Source: Phycisphaerae bacterium (GTDB lineage: Bacteria; Planctomycetota; Phycisphaerae; UBA1845; DATKUK01). From it: 64,000 nucleotides of DNA. This document shows positions 29,792 to 39,989 of this stretch, in pieces. The notes beneath the pieces are model-generated. The model saw only the letters and a program-made list of their open reading frames with translations, ran no database searches and had not been told where the DNA came from. The position numbers were made by a program, and so were the translations under genes. Each line of letters begins with the position of its first letter. The stretch's first letter is position 1. The stretch covers positions 143,199-207,198 of the forward strand of contig DATKUK010000102.1 of assembly GCA_035530655.1 (NCBI GenBank). Reading direction: 5' to 3'.

Positions 29792-29888
29792 CTATACTGT
29801 AGGCAGCCAGACTGTCCTGTGTTTCGCCCCGGCCGCAGACGACTGACGGGCTTCCTATAAAACGTTAACAGGGTCGCCAAAGCTCTTA

Positions 29889-29910
29889 TGTTATAATGTT
29901 ATAACATAAC
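29889..29910. promoter_or_regulatory. tandem TGTTATAA-TGTTATAA boxes containing the 12-bp perfect palindrome ATGTTATAACAT (29896-29907), in the fabF upstream region
   Basis: Read directly. It has the same TGTTATAA(T) box as the ArsR-like promoter. Both strands carry an extended -10-like element because of the symmetry. Confidence 0.45.
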
Positions 29911-29986
29911 AACCGTACAGAAGACCCGCCCGTACACATCTCCTACGGGCGGGCTCGCTCGACAACCCGTTTTTGACCGGCGCGAT

Positions 29987-31132
29987 TCACGCCTGCCCGG
30001 CCAAAGCATTCTGGAACGCCGCCACGCCCGCTCCGACCTTGACCGGCTGGCCCATCTGCTTGAGCACCGCCTCGATCGCCGCCACGACGCCCAGCGTGTC
30101 GACCACGTCGACATAGCCCATGTGCGAGATGCGAATGATCTTGCCTTTGAGCTGGGCCTGCCCGCCGGCCACCTGGCAGCCGAAGTCCTTCAGCAGCGTC
30201 TTGCGCAGCGCCGCCTCATCGACGCCGTCCGGCACGAGCAGAGCCGTCACCGAGTCGACCGGATCGGCGGCGAAGACCTTCATGCCAACAGCCTGGGCCG
30301 CCGCGCGGGTGGCGCGGGCGAGCAGGGCCGTCCGCTTCCAGACGTTCTCGATCCCCTCGGCACAGATCATCTCCAGTGATTTCCGCGCGGCGCGGACGAG
30401 AGAAACAGCCGGCGTATAAGGCGAATCGTTGTCGGCCATCGCCTTGCGGTATGCGGGAAAGTTCACATAGTAGGTCGGGCTCTGGAAGGAATCGATGCGC
30501 TGCCATGCTCGCTCGCTGACGGCTGCAAAGCCCAGCCCCGGCGGCAGCATCATGGCCTTCTGCGAGCCGGTCACCACAACGTCTACGCCCCACTCGTCCA
30601 TCTTAAGCGGGATGGCCCCAACGGCCGTGATCCCGTCCACCAGCAGAAGCACGTCGCGCCGGCGCGTGATGGCCGCAATGGCCTGCAACTCGCTGACCGC
30701 GGCCGTCGATGTCTCACTATGCGTAATGATCACGTAGCCGATCTGCGGGTCCTTATCGAGGTAACTCTTGATCGCGTCCGCCTTGGCTCCGTGGCCCCAC
30801 TCGACATCGTGGCAAATACAGGGGATGTTGAAAGCTTCGCACACCTCAGCCCACCGCTCACCGAACTTGCCGCCCCGCGCAACAAGCGCCTTCCTGTCGG
30901 GTTTGCAGGTACTGACGATCGCTCCTTCCATCGTGCCCGTCCCACTGCTGGCCAGGATCAGTGGAAGCTGCTTCGTCTGGAAGACGTGTTTGAGCCCTTC
31001 CAGCACCTCTCCGGTCAGAGCACGAAACTGGCTCGTGCGATGGTGCTCGATGGGCCGGGCCATCTCCAGCAGAACTTCTTCCGGCACCATGGTCGGGCCG
31101 GGCGTGAACAAACGTAGCTTGGCCATCATCAT
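29987..31132 (-). CDS. class V aminotransferase (serine-pyruvate/alanine-glyoxylate aminotransferase-like)
   Basis: The N-terminus has FTPGPTMVPEEVL. The PLP-lysine region is VVVTGSQKAMMLPPGLG. It is 381 aa. Confidence 0.85.
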   Translation of the reverse strand: MMMAKLRLFTPGPTMVPEEVLLEMARPIEHHRTSQFRALTGEVLEGLKHVFQTKQLPLILASSGTGTMEGAIVSTCKPDRKALVARGGKFGERWAEVCEAFNIPCICHDVEWGHGAKADAIKSYLDKDPQIGYVIITHSETSTAAVSELQAIAAITRRRDVLLLVDGITAVGAIPLKMDEWGVDVVVTGSQKAMMLPPGLGFAAVSERAWQRIDSFQSPTYYVNFPAYRKAMADNDSPYTPAVSLVRAARKSLEMICAEGIENVWKRTALLARATRAAAQAVGMKVFAADPVDSVTALLVPDGVDEAALRKTLLKDFGCQVAGGQAQLKGKIIRISHMGYVDVVDTLGVVAAIEAVLKQMGQPVKVGAGVAAFQNALAGQA

Positions 31133-31235
31133 CCCTTTCCTGATTCGCCAGTGACTCCTGACCGGGCCGACAAACTGCGGGTGGGATTATAGACAGGGCT
31201 CGCCGAGGCTACAATCGCCCTGTTGCCGCTAACGG

Positions 31236-31763
31236 TCAGCCGGACGTCCGTGGACGGTCCTTCCGGTCCGCAGGCAGTTGGCCCCGCTTGGCCGCCTCTC
31301 GCTGGGGTGCGAATACGGTGGCCATGGGCAGCTTGTCCCTAAGGTAGAGAAAGATGTACGTGCTGACCACCAGACCGATGTGGTACACCACGCACATGCC
31401 CACAAACCCCCAGGGCAGCGCCCATCCGCGATGGTAGTACATCCACGGCAGGACAAACGAATTGGCCAGCACGATGAAGGTCTGGATGGGGCGCACGCGC
31501 CACGGTCCCTGCATCGCGGTGCGGGCGATCCACGTCAACATGAAGACCAGCACATAATTCCATGTAAGCGCGGCATACATCACCGCGTAGGGCCAGCCAG
31601 CAAATGACCATGCCACCACGCCCCATATTACGGTGATTGGGGCTAGGATCCGCAGCGACGCCCGGATCGCCAACAGCATCGTCAGTTTCGGGCTGGGCAT
31701 CCGTGCGGTCTGCTTGTCGGAGGGGCTGGCCGAGGCAGACGGGGGTGGTTGCTGATCAGACAT
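31236..31763 (-). CDS. hypothetical integral membrane protein (4 TM helices)
   Basis: It has hydrophobic helices after a Pro/Ser-rich N-terminus. It is 175 aa. Confidence 0.55.
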   Translation of the reverse strand: MSDQQPPPSASASPSDKQTARMPSPKLTMLLAIRASLRILAPITVIWGVVAWSFAGWPYAVMYAALTWNYVLVFMLTWIARTAMQGPWRVRPIQTFIVLANSFVLPWMYYHRGWALPWGFVGMCVVYHIGLVVSTYIFLYLRDKLPMATVFAPQREAAKRGQLPADRKDRPRTSG

Positions 31764-31840
31764 GAAGCGATCTGCCCCGTTGGAAGCCTTTCCAGCAACG
31801 AATCATCTCAGGCCTGAAACAAGCAGGCTGTGAGGCATCT

Positions 31841-33121
31841 TCAGTCGCCTGCTTCCCCAGGGGCAGGGCCATCCTCGGCGGCGGTTCGGTCCGGCGGCTG
31901 ACCCTCTGGTTCGGGGCTCTTGGCAAACAGGTAGTAAAGCCTGCCCTCGGCCATGCTTCGGCCGGCCAGTCGCCCCGCCTGCGCACCGATACCCATAAAC
32001 ACGTCGCATCGTCCGGCTGCACGAATGGCGTTGCCCCGATCCTGATCGAGGACGAAGCCGTAGAACAGCTGCGTCGCAACTCGCCCGCCTGCCTCCCGCG
32101 CAAGCTCGGTCACCGCGTAGGCCAGACACGCCCGAGGGTAGATCTCCTTGTCGGTGGCAATGGACCGAAACGGCAGCACCGGAACGTTGAGACAGCCATA
32201 TGGTCCACCGGTGACCGGCTTGAAGAACACATAACGGGGGTTGAGCGGCAGGTAGACATCAAGTTGCTCAGGATGCTGCTTGAAGAAGTTGATCATGGCG
32301 TCGAGCGACAGTTCGTTCCGGTCTAGCTTGCCGTGACTGATCATGGCTTCGCCCACGGAGACGTAGTCGTACCCGTTATCGCCGGCGAACCCGATCTCCA
32401 TGAGACGCCCATCGGGCAGACGAAGACGCGCCGAGCCCTGGACCGACACCACGTAGGCCTCAAACGCGTCGCCCAGCCACACAAGTTCGCTGCCCGGCAG
32501 ACCCAGCTTGGTGATTTGATCCCGGGTGTAATAGGCTACGACGTTCCCGTCTGCGCTCCGCCGGCCCAGCGTCACGCCCGTTTGCGGGTCTCGAACCAGA
32601 TCCGGCGGGGGCTTGTGGAGCGGGTAGTGAAACCGCTCGTCCGGCTGGAGGCGGGCGTCGAAGATCGGGCAGTAGTACCCGGTGAACAGCACGGTTCCCT
32701 CGTCGTCATAACCTACCGACGTATAGACGTCGAACCGCCTGCGCAGCGCGTCGTTAAACTGCTCCGGCGTCTGCGCTTCATCCAGCAGTAGGAGGAACTG
32801 CCGTAGACTCGTGACGGCACGATCGTGTGAGATCTGGCCGTACGGGAAGAACCGTCGGCTGGAAGGCTTGGCCAGATAGGCCAGACTGTTGTTGGCCGCC
32901 TGACGAAGCCCGTGCTGATCGGCAAAGCCGGCTGCGAAGTCGGGGATCTGCGCCGGATCAGTCACCTTCCGCAGGGCCAACTGACCGGCAGGCAGCGGGC
33001 GACTGTAGTCGGGCTGTTCGGGCGGGCCGATAGGTGAGGTCACCTGTCCCCGCTTCAAGCCGCACCCCCCTACCGCGATGGCCACCAACACCCCGAGCCC
33101 GACAGCCAAGCGAGTCCTCAA
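31841..33121 (-). CDS. mltA: membrane-bound lytic murein transglycosylase A-like lipoprotein
   Basis: The lipoprotein signal is [10 protein letters not shown]. The MltA-like core is FTGYYCP...[12 protein letters not shown] with a 3D-domain-type C-terminus. It is 426 aa. Confidence 0.55.
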   Translation of the reverse strand: MRTRLAVGLGVLVAIAVGGCGLKRGQVTSPIGPPEQPDYSRPLPAGQLALRKVTDPAQIPDFAAGFADQHGLRQAANNSLAYLAKPSSRRFFPYGQISHDRAVTSLRQFLLLLDEAQTPEQFNDALRRRFDVYTSVGYDDEGTVLFTGYYCPIFDARLQPDERFHYPLHKPPPDLVRDPQTGVTLGRRSADGNVVAYYTRDQITKLGLPGSELVWLGDAFEAYVVSVQGSARLRLPDGRLMEIGFAGDNGYDYVSVGEAMISHGKLDRNELSLDAMINFFKQHPEQLDVYLPLNPRYVFFKPVTGGPYGCLNVPVLPFRSIATDKEIYPRACLAYAVTELAREAGGRVATQLFYGFVLDQDRGNAIRAAGRCDVFMGIGAQAGRLAGRSMAEGRLYYLFAKSPEPEGQPPDRTAAEDGPAPGEAGD

Positions 33122-33297
33122 AGCGCCGTCCTCCCGTGTTCGCCGATTACGTCCGCCACGCTACGAGTGTAGTCGTCCCTCGATCGATTGCAACCGCCCC
33201 GACAGGCGGGCAGCCCCGCCTTCGGGCCTGTCAGTTGAAGGCTCGGCGCCCCAACACTACAGTACGTGCGGTCTCGCGAGCAGCAGGAGTCACAAGG

Positions 33298-33996
33298 ATG
33301 CTTGTCAGTGTGGTCATGCCGGTCTACAACGAACGGGCGACGATCGAGCAGATCGTCCGGCGCGTATTCGAAGCTCCCATTCCGCATCAGGTCCAGTTGA
33401 TCGTGGTGGACGACGGGTCCACGGACGGCACGCGCGAGTTGTACCCCAAGCTGCGCCAACAGTACGCCGACAAGCCATTGGTCATCATTGAGCAGCCCAC
33501 CAACCGCGGCAAGGGCGCCGCGCTGCGCGCCGGCTTCGCAGGGGCAAGTGGAGAGGTGGTGCTCATCCAGGATGCGGATCTAGAGTATAATCCTCAGGAT
33601 TATCCAAAGCTGCTTCGCCCGATCGAGCTCGGCAAGGCCGACGTCGTGTATGGTTCGCGATTTATCGGACAGGAACATCGTGTCCTGCTCTTCTGGCACT
33701 ATGTGGGCAACAAGCTGCTTACGGTTCTGTCGAACGCATTCACGAACCTGAACCTGACGGATATGGAAAGCTGCTACAAGGTATTTCGCCGGGAGGTGAT
33801 CTCGGGGCTGCGCCTTCGGCAGAACGGTTTCGGCTTTGAGCCGGAGGTCACTGCCAAGGTGGCACGCGGCAACTGGCGGATATACGAAGTGGCGATTACC
33901 TACGACGGGCGGGATTACAGTCAGGGCAAGAAGATCACCTGGACCGACGGCGTCAAGGCCTTTTACTGCATCATTCGGTATCATCTGATGGACTGA
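33298..33996 (+). CDS. family 2 glycosyltransferase (polyprenyl-phosphate glycosyltransferase, DPM1-like)
   Basis: It reads [20 protein letters not shown] and IQDADLEY. An AGGAG Shine-Dalgarno lies upstream of ATG 33298. Confidence 0.85.
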   Translation: MLVSVVMPVYNERATIEQIVRRVFEAPIPHQVQLIVVDDGSTDGTRELYPKLRQQYADKPLVIIEQPTNRGKGAALRAGFAGASGEVVLIQDADLEYNPQDYPKLLRPIELGKADVVYGSRFIGQEHRVLLFWHYVGNKLLTVLSNAFTNLNLTDMESCYKVFRREVISGLRLRQNGFGFEPEVTAKVARGNWRIYEVAITYDGRDYSQGKKITWTDGVKAFYCIIRYHLMD

Positions 33997-34180
33997 GGCG
34001 GAACCCACCCTGGCCCGGGCAGAGGCGAGCCATCCGGCGGCGTCCCGCCCGAGACCACACCGGGGTGTCGTCTTGAGCAGACGTCTTATCGGTCGGTGTG
34101 CGCTGGGCGACTCCCGATGTTGTGCCGGCTAACGGGACGCAGTTTTGCTGCCGATAATTCCCGTTGGAGTCAGCGACGGT

Positions 34181-36133
34181 ATGCGCCCAGCGATCTATTC
34201 CTATCTGCTGCAAACGGAGAATCCCTCAGCCGACCGCGCGTTGGCAGCCGCGCTGGCGGAGGTGGAGGCTGCGTTCGCTGAGCCGGTGGTGCAGACGATC
34301 CTCGCACGCGGCGCCGCCGGCGCGGACGGCTTGATTCGCTTCTTCCATCGTCTGCCGTCCGCCGTAAAGAACTTGGTGGTTCACGAGGTGGCGAGGCTGC
34401 GCGAGCCCCTTCACCGTGTTGGGCGCGCCTCAGACACATTGGGGCGAAGCAACGTGTATCGGATCGTGGCTCATGCCAAGTCCATCGAGTTGGCTGGGCT
34501 GCTTACAGTGGGTCTTCGCGACTCCGCACCGGAGGTGCGTTGTGCTGCAGCGGAGGCGCTGCGCGAACTTGCCGACCAGTACCTGACGACCGGCGAGCAG
34601 TCGGCTGACGAAACGGTACACGACCCAGTCGGTCTGCTCGCCGGGCAGCTTGGCAGCGCTTCGGCCGAACGCGGCAAGGAGCGTAAGATTCTCCTTGCTG
34701 TCCTTCAGGAGGGATTGAACAGCCTCGGCGTCCACCGACGCCCGGAGGTGATCGAGACGGCCATGTGGTTCGCCATGCAGTTGGAGCGGATGCTCCAGGC
34801 GCACGTGGCAGCGGCCGGCGATCAACATATCGAGGTCATCGGCGAACTGCTTCGGCGAGAGCCCACACCTCGCATGGCAGCTTTCGTCTGTCTGGCTCTG
34901 GGTTGGTCGCGGGTACGGCAAGTCGCTGCCGACGTCATCGCACAGGCGAAGGACGGACTGTTTCTGAGGAGCCTGTTGTCGCATAAGGACCGTTTCTGCA
35001 AGCCCGTCGCCCAATATGGTCTAGCCGAGGTGCGTCGGCTGGTCTGGCTGGAGCGAGACCCCGGCCTGATACGGCGGCTGTCATCCGACCAGCAGGTTGC
35101 GGCCATGGCGATCATCTCGGCCTCAGCGATCGACGAGCGGCTAAAGCTGCTGGTCGCTCAGGATGTGCTGTTATCGGGGACGCGCGAAGCCCAACGCATC
35201 GCGCTGGAATGCCTTCTGGCGAACGGCCGAGACGAAACCACCGATACGCTTCGGCAAGTGCTGGCGTGGGATGATGAGGAGTTTACCGAGGCGGCGCTGG
35301 TCGAACTGCTGCGTCGCTCTCCCCCCGACTTGCCCGCGCTGGTTATTCAGCAGCTTACGAGTCGATCTCCGCGTGTGCGACAACTCGCGGCCCAACATGC
35401 CGCGTCCTACAGCTTTGAAAGGTACTGGCAGGCATTTGACGACCTGCCTCCCGACGCGAGAGTCTCTGCCGGTCGCGCGGTGCTCAAGCTGGTCCCTGAC
35501 TTCGTCGATCGTCTCGTCCGAAAACTGGAGGAGGGCCGGTCGGATGAAATCCTACGAGCCTTGCAGGCTGCCGACGATCTGAACCTGCTCAAGTCGTTAT
35601 CATCGACGCTGGCACGTCTCGAACGCCACCACAGCCAGAGTGTTCGCGCGGCAGCCGCTCGAGCCTTGGGCAAACTCGACAAGCAGCAACAAACCCGAGC
35701 CCAACAGGCGGTGGATGAAGCCTCAGCGGCTCAGCCGCAGGCGTCGTCGGAACAGCAGGCAAGTCCCCACGCGGCCGTCTCGCCGGAGCGCGTGGCGGAC
35801 AACAAGTTGGGCGAACTGGAGCGAATGCTCAGCGCGCCGGAGACCGAAGCCCGAGCGGATGCCGTTCGCCAGTTGCTCCACACACAGATCGTCCCGGCTA
35901 CAGCCATCCTGATCGATCTGCTGACCGATGAGAACGTTTCCCGACGCCAGTGCGGGCTGGAGTTGATCGAAGAAACGCGTCTGGCGGCGATGATGGCTCA
36001 CGTGCTGGGCATGGCTCGCCACGAACCTGATCCGTCGCTGCGTCAGCGAGCACAGAACGTGGCCGACACGGTTCGCCAGGAGCTCCAGGCCGCCATCCGT
36101 GGGCACGCCCAGTTTGAGGAGCAGCAAGTATGA
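34181..36133 (+). CDS. HEAT/PBS-lyase-repeat protein
   Basis: It has repeated helical pairs with (D/E)xxxxVRxxAAxALg motifs (DSAPEVRCAAAEAL, SPRVRQLAAQHA, ENVSRRQCGLEL). The longest ORF starts at TTG 34145. Confidence 0.6.
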   Translation: MRPAIYSYLLQTENPSADRALAAALAEVEAAFAEPVVQTILARGAAGADGLIRFFHRLPSAVKNLVVHEVARLREPLHRVGRASDTLGRSNVYRIVAHAKSIELAGLLTVGLRDSAPEVRCAAAEALRELADQYLTTGEQSADETVHDPVGLLAGQLGSASAERGKERKILLAVLQEGLNSLGVHRRPEVIETAMWFAMQLERMLQAHVAAAGDQHIEVIGELLRREPTPRMAAFVCLALGWSRVRQVAADVIAQAKDGLFLRSLLSHKDRFCKPVAQYGLAEVRRLVWLERDPGLIRRLSSDQQVAAMAIISASAIDERLKLLVAQDVLLSGTREAQRIALECLLANGRDETTDTLRQVLAWDDEEFTEAALVELLRRSPPDLPALVIQQLTSRSPRVRQLAAQHAASYSFERYWQAFDDLPPDARVSAGRAVLKLVPDFVDRLVRKLEEGRSDEILRALQAADDLNLLKSLSSTLARLERHHSQSVRAAAARALGKLDKQQQTRAQQAVDEASAAQPQASSEQQASPHAAVSPERVADNKLGELERMLSAPETEARADAVRQLLHTQIVPATAILIDLLTDENVSRRQCGLELIEETRLAAMMAHVLGMARHEPDPSLRQRAQNVADTVRQELQAAIRGHAQFEEQQV

Positions 36134-36600
36134 CCCGCCTCATTCTTGCTCAGCATAGCAACATCGACCGGTACCGCGCGATGCGCAGCGGCATTGAGCA
36201 GACGGGTGGCTCGAGCGACTGGCTGGCGCTGCTGCTGATCCTGGTTGGTCTTGCCGGGCTGGTTGGGCTGGCGGTGCTGACGTCATACCTGGTTCGTCGT
36301 CGCCGGTCGCTGGCCAACAGTCCGGATCGACTGTTCCGTCAGGCGTTGGCCGCGCTCGACCTGCCCGCGGTCGACGTGTACTACCTGCGGCAGATCAAGC
36401 GCAAGATCCGTTACGCTCACCCCGCTGTCATCCTCATGAGCCCCCGCCTGCTTGGTCTGGCAGCCAGCCGCGCGGCGGCACCGGAGCCTTTGATCGGAAA
36501 CCTGCGCCAGCGGTGCGATGAGGTGTCGCGCCGCCTGTTCGGCGAGCCGGTGCCGGAACTGGTCGAGGACCCGCCGGCCGAAGCCTTCGACGACGTCTGA
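36130..36600 (+). CDS. hypothetical single-pass membrane protein
   Basis: Its ATG overlaps the upstream stop (ATGA). The TM helix is LALLLILVGLAGLVGLAVL. It is 156 aa. Confidence 0.5.
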   Translation: MTRLILAQHSNIDRYRAMRSGIEQTGGSSDWLALLLILVGLAGLVGLAVLTSYLVRRRRSLANSPDRLFRQALAALDLPAVDVYYLRQIKRKIRYAHPAVILMSPRLLGLAASRAAAPEPLIGNLRQRCDEVSRRLFGEPVPELVEDPPAEAFDDV

Positions 36601-36635
36601 CCTCGCCTCCCCCACCGCGACCACGATGCGTTTGG

Positions 36636-37811
36636 CTACCCGCCGGATCCATCCGACGTGCTCGGTGGGTGATGTCGGCTCGTCATCCTTCCAGGCACGT
36701 AGGAGCAATACGGCTCCTCAGCCAGATAGTCGCCGTGCTGGTAGAACGCTCTGGCCCGACATCCCCCGCAGATGTGACGGAACTCACACACGCTGCAGCG
36801 TCCCTGTAATAGATCGGTGTTCCGCAGGCGCGCGAAGACCGCCGAGTTACGCCAGATGTCAGCGAAGCGCTGGCGCGTCACGTCGCCGGCAGAGACAGGC
36901 AGATACCCACACGGATAGACCTGCCCCGTGTGCGAAACGAAGCAGACGGCCCTGCCGGCCAGGCACCCGCGCGTCATCGAGTGCAGCGGCTGCTGGTTCG
37001 TGCTTGCCGGGCGACTACCGTTGGCCTGATGTGCCCCCCTGCCGCCTTGGGCACGCCCACCGAGTTGCCGCACGATTCGGTAATAGTGCGGCGCGCAGGT
37101 GGCCTTGATTGGCACCGAACTCTTGCTCTCCAGCTTGGCCAACTGCACGAGTAGCGCTTCCACCTGATCGGCCGGCAACATCTGCTCTTCCGCGATCTGC
37201 TCGCCACAACCCACCGGCACGAGAAGGAAGTAATGGACCGCGTCGACCCCTAGCGACTCCGCAAGCCTCAGCAGTGCGTCGATCTGCCCGGCATTGTGCC
37301 GCGCGATGGTGCAGTTGATCTGAGCGCTAACGCCGGCTTGCTGGACGTGCTTCAAGCCAGCCAATGCCCGATCAAACGACCCGGCCAATTGCCGGAAGCG
37401 ATCGTGCGTGGCTGCGTCGACGCCATCCAGCGAGATGCTGACTCGAGCAAAGCCCGCCTCACGGACCCGGCGCGCCGCTTCGGCATCGATGAGCGTACCG
37501 TTGCTGGCCAGAGCGGTCCGCAAACCATGTGTGCGTGCCCAATCGGCCAGATCGTAAAGGTCGGGGCGCATCAAGGGCTCGCCACCGGAGAACACCAGAA
37601 TGGGTCGCGCGAAGTCGGCCAGGTCGGCGATCATCCGGCGGGCCTGGTCGGTGGTCAGATCGGTTTCGGTGGGCTCGCACGATACGTCCAGGCGGCGACA
37701 ATGGATGCAGGCAAGGTTGCATCCGGCCGTCGTCTCCCAGAACACCAGGCGCAAGGCCGGCGCCTCCCCCATTGCTGACCCCTCCGTTTCGAGCTTCTGC
37801 CGCCCTACCAT
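36636..37811 (-). CDS. radical SAM enzyme with a C-terminal SPASM domain (AhbD/NirJ/PqqE-like)
   Basis: The N-terminal motif is CNLACIHC (Cx3Cx2C). The C-terminal Cys-rich region is CSVCEFRHICGGCRARAF. The true start may be the internal Met (MGEAPALRL). Confidence 0.8.
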   Translation of the reverse strand: MVGRQKLETEGSAMGEAPALRLVFWETTAGCNLACIHCRRLDVSCEPTETDLTTDQARRMIADLADFARPILVFSGGEPLMRPDLYDLADWARTHGLRTALASNGTLIDAEAARRVREAGFARVSISLDGVDAATHDRFRQLAGSFDRALAGLKHVQQAGVSAQINCTIARHNAGQIDALLRLAESLGVDAVHYFLLVPVGCGEQIAEEQMLPADQVEALLVQLAKLESKSSVPIKATCAPHYYRIVRQLGGRAQGGRGAHQANGSRPASTNQQPLHSMTRGCLAGRAVCFVSHTGQVYPCGYLPVSAGDVTRQRFADIWRNSAVFARLRNTDLLQGRCSVCEFRHICGGCRARAFYQHGDYLAEEPYCSYVPGRMTSRHHPPSTSDGSGG

Positions 37812-38023
37812 CGTCGACTGCCTCGGTTACCGGTCCGACCGCGTGCACGCCTCGCGGTTTCGCGTGGTGGGCCGTCTATCGGACCGTCCCATCATCATAG
37901 GGCTCGATCGCGCCACCCTCAAATATGGGTGCAACTCGCCCGCACCAGGAGTCGATATGAACGGCAAATGGGGTAACCACAAGGCGTGTACGCCCGGGTA
38001 GGTGGCGATAAGGAGTTGATCGC

Positions 38024-39079
38024 ATGTCAACAGAGCTGAGCGGAAGAGTCGTGTTTTCCAGTGGCAAGCAAGGCGACTACGACGTGTGGATGCTTGACCT
38101 CGATGCCAGTCGGCTCGTTCAACTCACCCACGGAGACTTCTGGAACGACAAGCCACGATGGTCACCCGACGGGCGCTGGGTGGTGTTCGTCAGCAGCGTG
38201 CAGGGAACGCCGAACATCTACAAGGTGCCGGCCGGCGGCGGCGAGGTTGTCCCCCTCGTGGAGGACGACCGCTGGAACGACTTCCCTGCGTTCAGCCCCG
38301 ACGGTAGACAACTCGGCTACGTCTCGAACCACGCGGGCAGCAATGACTTGTGGATCGCCGATGCTGACGGGAACCACGCGCGTCAAGTCACAACCTATGA
38401 AGGCGACGACAACTCCTTTTCCTGGATGCCGGACGGCAAATCCGTCCTGTTCAGCAGTGACCGGAGCGGTAACTGTGACATCTGGCGGCTTGACCTGGCC
38501 AGCGGCGAGAAACAGCAACTTACGGTCGATGCGGGTATGGACGTCCATCCGGCCGCCAGCCCCGACGGCCGGCTCATCGCTTTCGTCTCCAACCGACAGT
38601 TCGATCCCGGCGCCCAACGCGACGAATGGGCCGACCGTGATCAGGACATCTGGTTGATGACGGCGTCGGGCAAATACCCCGTGCGGGTCACCAGCAATCA
38701 GAACTCCGATCGGTGTGTAGCCTGGTCGCCCTGCGGTCGCTTCCTCATCTACGCATCGATCAACTCCGGCTCGGCTGAGCGGCTGCGGATCGTCGACGTC
38801 TCCGACCTGATTGCCGCCTACAAGACGGGCGACCACGACTGCATTCAGCGGGCTGCCGGTCGCTTGCGGTCCTTCAGCCTGGAGCTCGAACGTGCGGCGC
38901 TGGAGGCCGAGATCGATGCCGGCCGCCACCCATTCTTCCTGACGTCCCTGTTGCCGGACTTTCTGGTCAGGCCGTTTTACGGCGAGGAGTACTTCGGCTC
39001 CGAGCGGTATCCCGACTGGATCGGCACCGACGGTCTGAGGAGCAAGACCCTCCAGGCGGCAGCCAGTAAAGCAACGTGA
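38024..39079 (+). CDS. TolB-like beta-propeller protein (PD40/WD40-like repeats)
   Basis: It has repeated xSPDGxxxxFxSxRxGxxxIW blades (WSPDGRWVVFVSS, FSPDGRQLGYVSN, WMPDGKSVLFSSDRSGNCDIWR, ASPDGRLIAFVSN). Confidence 0.75.
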   Translation: MSTELSGRVVFSSGKQGDYDVWMLDLDASRLVQLTHGDFWNDKPRWSPDGRWVVFVSSVQGTPNIYKVPAGGGEVVPLVEDDRWNDFPAFSPDGRQLGYVSNHAGSNDLWIADADGNHARQVTTYEGDDNSFSWMPDGKSVLFSSDRSGNCDIWRLDLASGEKQQLTVDAGMDVHPAASPDGRLIAFVSNRQFDPGAQRDEWADRDQDIWLMTASGKYPVRVTSNQNSDRCVAWSPCGRFLIYASINSGSAERLRIVDVSDLIAAYKTGDHDCIQRAAGRLRSFSLELERAALEAEIDAGRHPFFLTSLLPDFLVRPFYGEEYFGSERYPDWIGTDGLRSKTLQAAASKAT

Positions 39080-39281
39080 GGTTCGCCTGCGGCCACGGCG
39101 CGCGCTAAGTGCTGGCCCGACAGAGGCTTGCATAGGCCTGCGCCCGTCGTATGCGCCGAGCGGGTAGGCTTCTTCAGCGCCGGCGGCGTTGGCAATCGTC
39201 GTCACTTCGGGTAGACTACATCGCTGTCTGGGGGCGCATGTAACGGCGGCGCCTACTGGGTTGGGTCAAGGAGGATAGGCG

Positions 39282-39989
39282 ATGGTCGCCCTTGTTATCG
39301 CATGCCTCAGCGATGTGGCAATTCTTGCTGCGCTGCCGTCATTGGCTGGGATCTACGTAGTGTGTCTGGTGGTCGGTGGCGGGCTGCTGCTGGTCTCGAC
39401 CGCGCTGGGAGGGCACGGGCACGCCGACTTCGATGCGGACGGGGTGGCCGGAGTTGATCTGGACGTGGATGCCGACGCAGTCGACGCCCACGCAGATGAC
39501 CTCTCGGCGGGTCACGCCGACACCGATTCAGTCGTGTCGCTGGCGACGTGGTTCTCCTTGCGGTTCGTGATCTACTTCATCGCCGTTTTCGGGCTGATCG
39601 GCACGGTTCTCACCTATATGGCCGCGATGCAGAACGCGGCCGTTCTGGCATGGGCCGCGGTTGCGGGCCTCGTGGTCGGGCAGACCGTCCACCAGACGCT
39701 GCGCTATCTCAGTCGTACCAGCGGAGACAGCGCCGTTCAAACCTCGGACTACCTCCAGAAGCCCGCGCGGGTAACGATCGCCATCGTGCCACCCAGTCGG
39801 GGCGAGGTGGCGGTACGCGTCCAAGACCGCGAACGCTTCGTACCTGCCGTCGCCAAACACGAAAATGAGCGGTTTGACATCGGACAGACCGTCGTCATCG
39901 CATCGTTTATCGCCGGAACAGCCGATGTCATTTCGCAGAAGGAACACGAGTTCATGGCCGAGTTAAAAGCGGGAGATAACGATGGATAA
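39282..39989 (+). CDS. NfeD-family membrane protein (partner of SPFH/flotillin proteins)
   Basis: It has N-terminal TM helices and a C-terminal OB-fold-like soluble domain. It sits immediately upstream of flotillin and overlaps it by 8 nt. Confidence 0.65.
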   Translation: MVALVIACLSDVAILAALPSLAGIYVVCLVVGGGLLLVSTALGGHGHADFDADGVAGVDLDVDADAVDAHADDLSAGHADTDSVVSLATWFSLRFVIYFIAVFGLIGTVLTYMAAMQNAAVLAWAAVAGLVVGQTVHQTLRYLSRTSGDSAVQTSDYLQKPARVTIAIVPPSRGEVAVRVQDRERFVPAVAKHENERFDIGQTVVIASFIAGTADVISQKEHEFMAELKAGDNDG

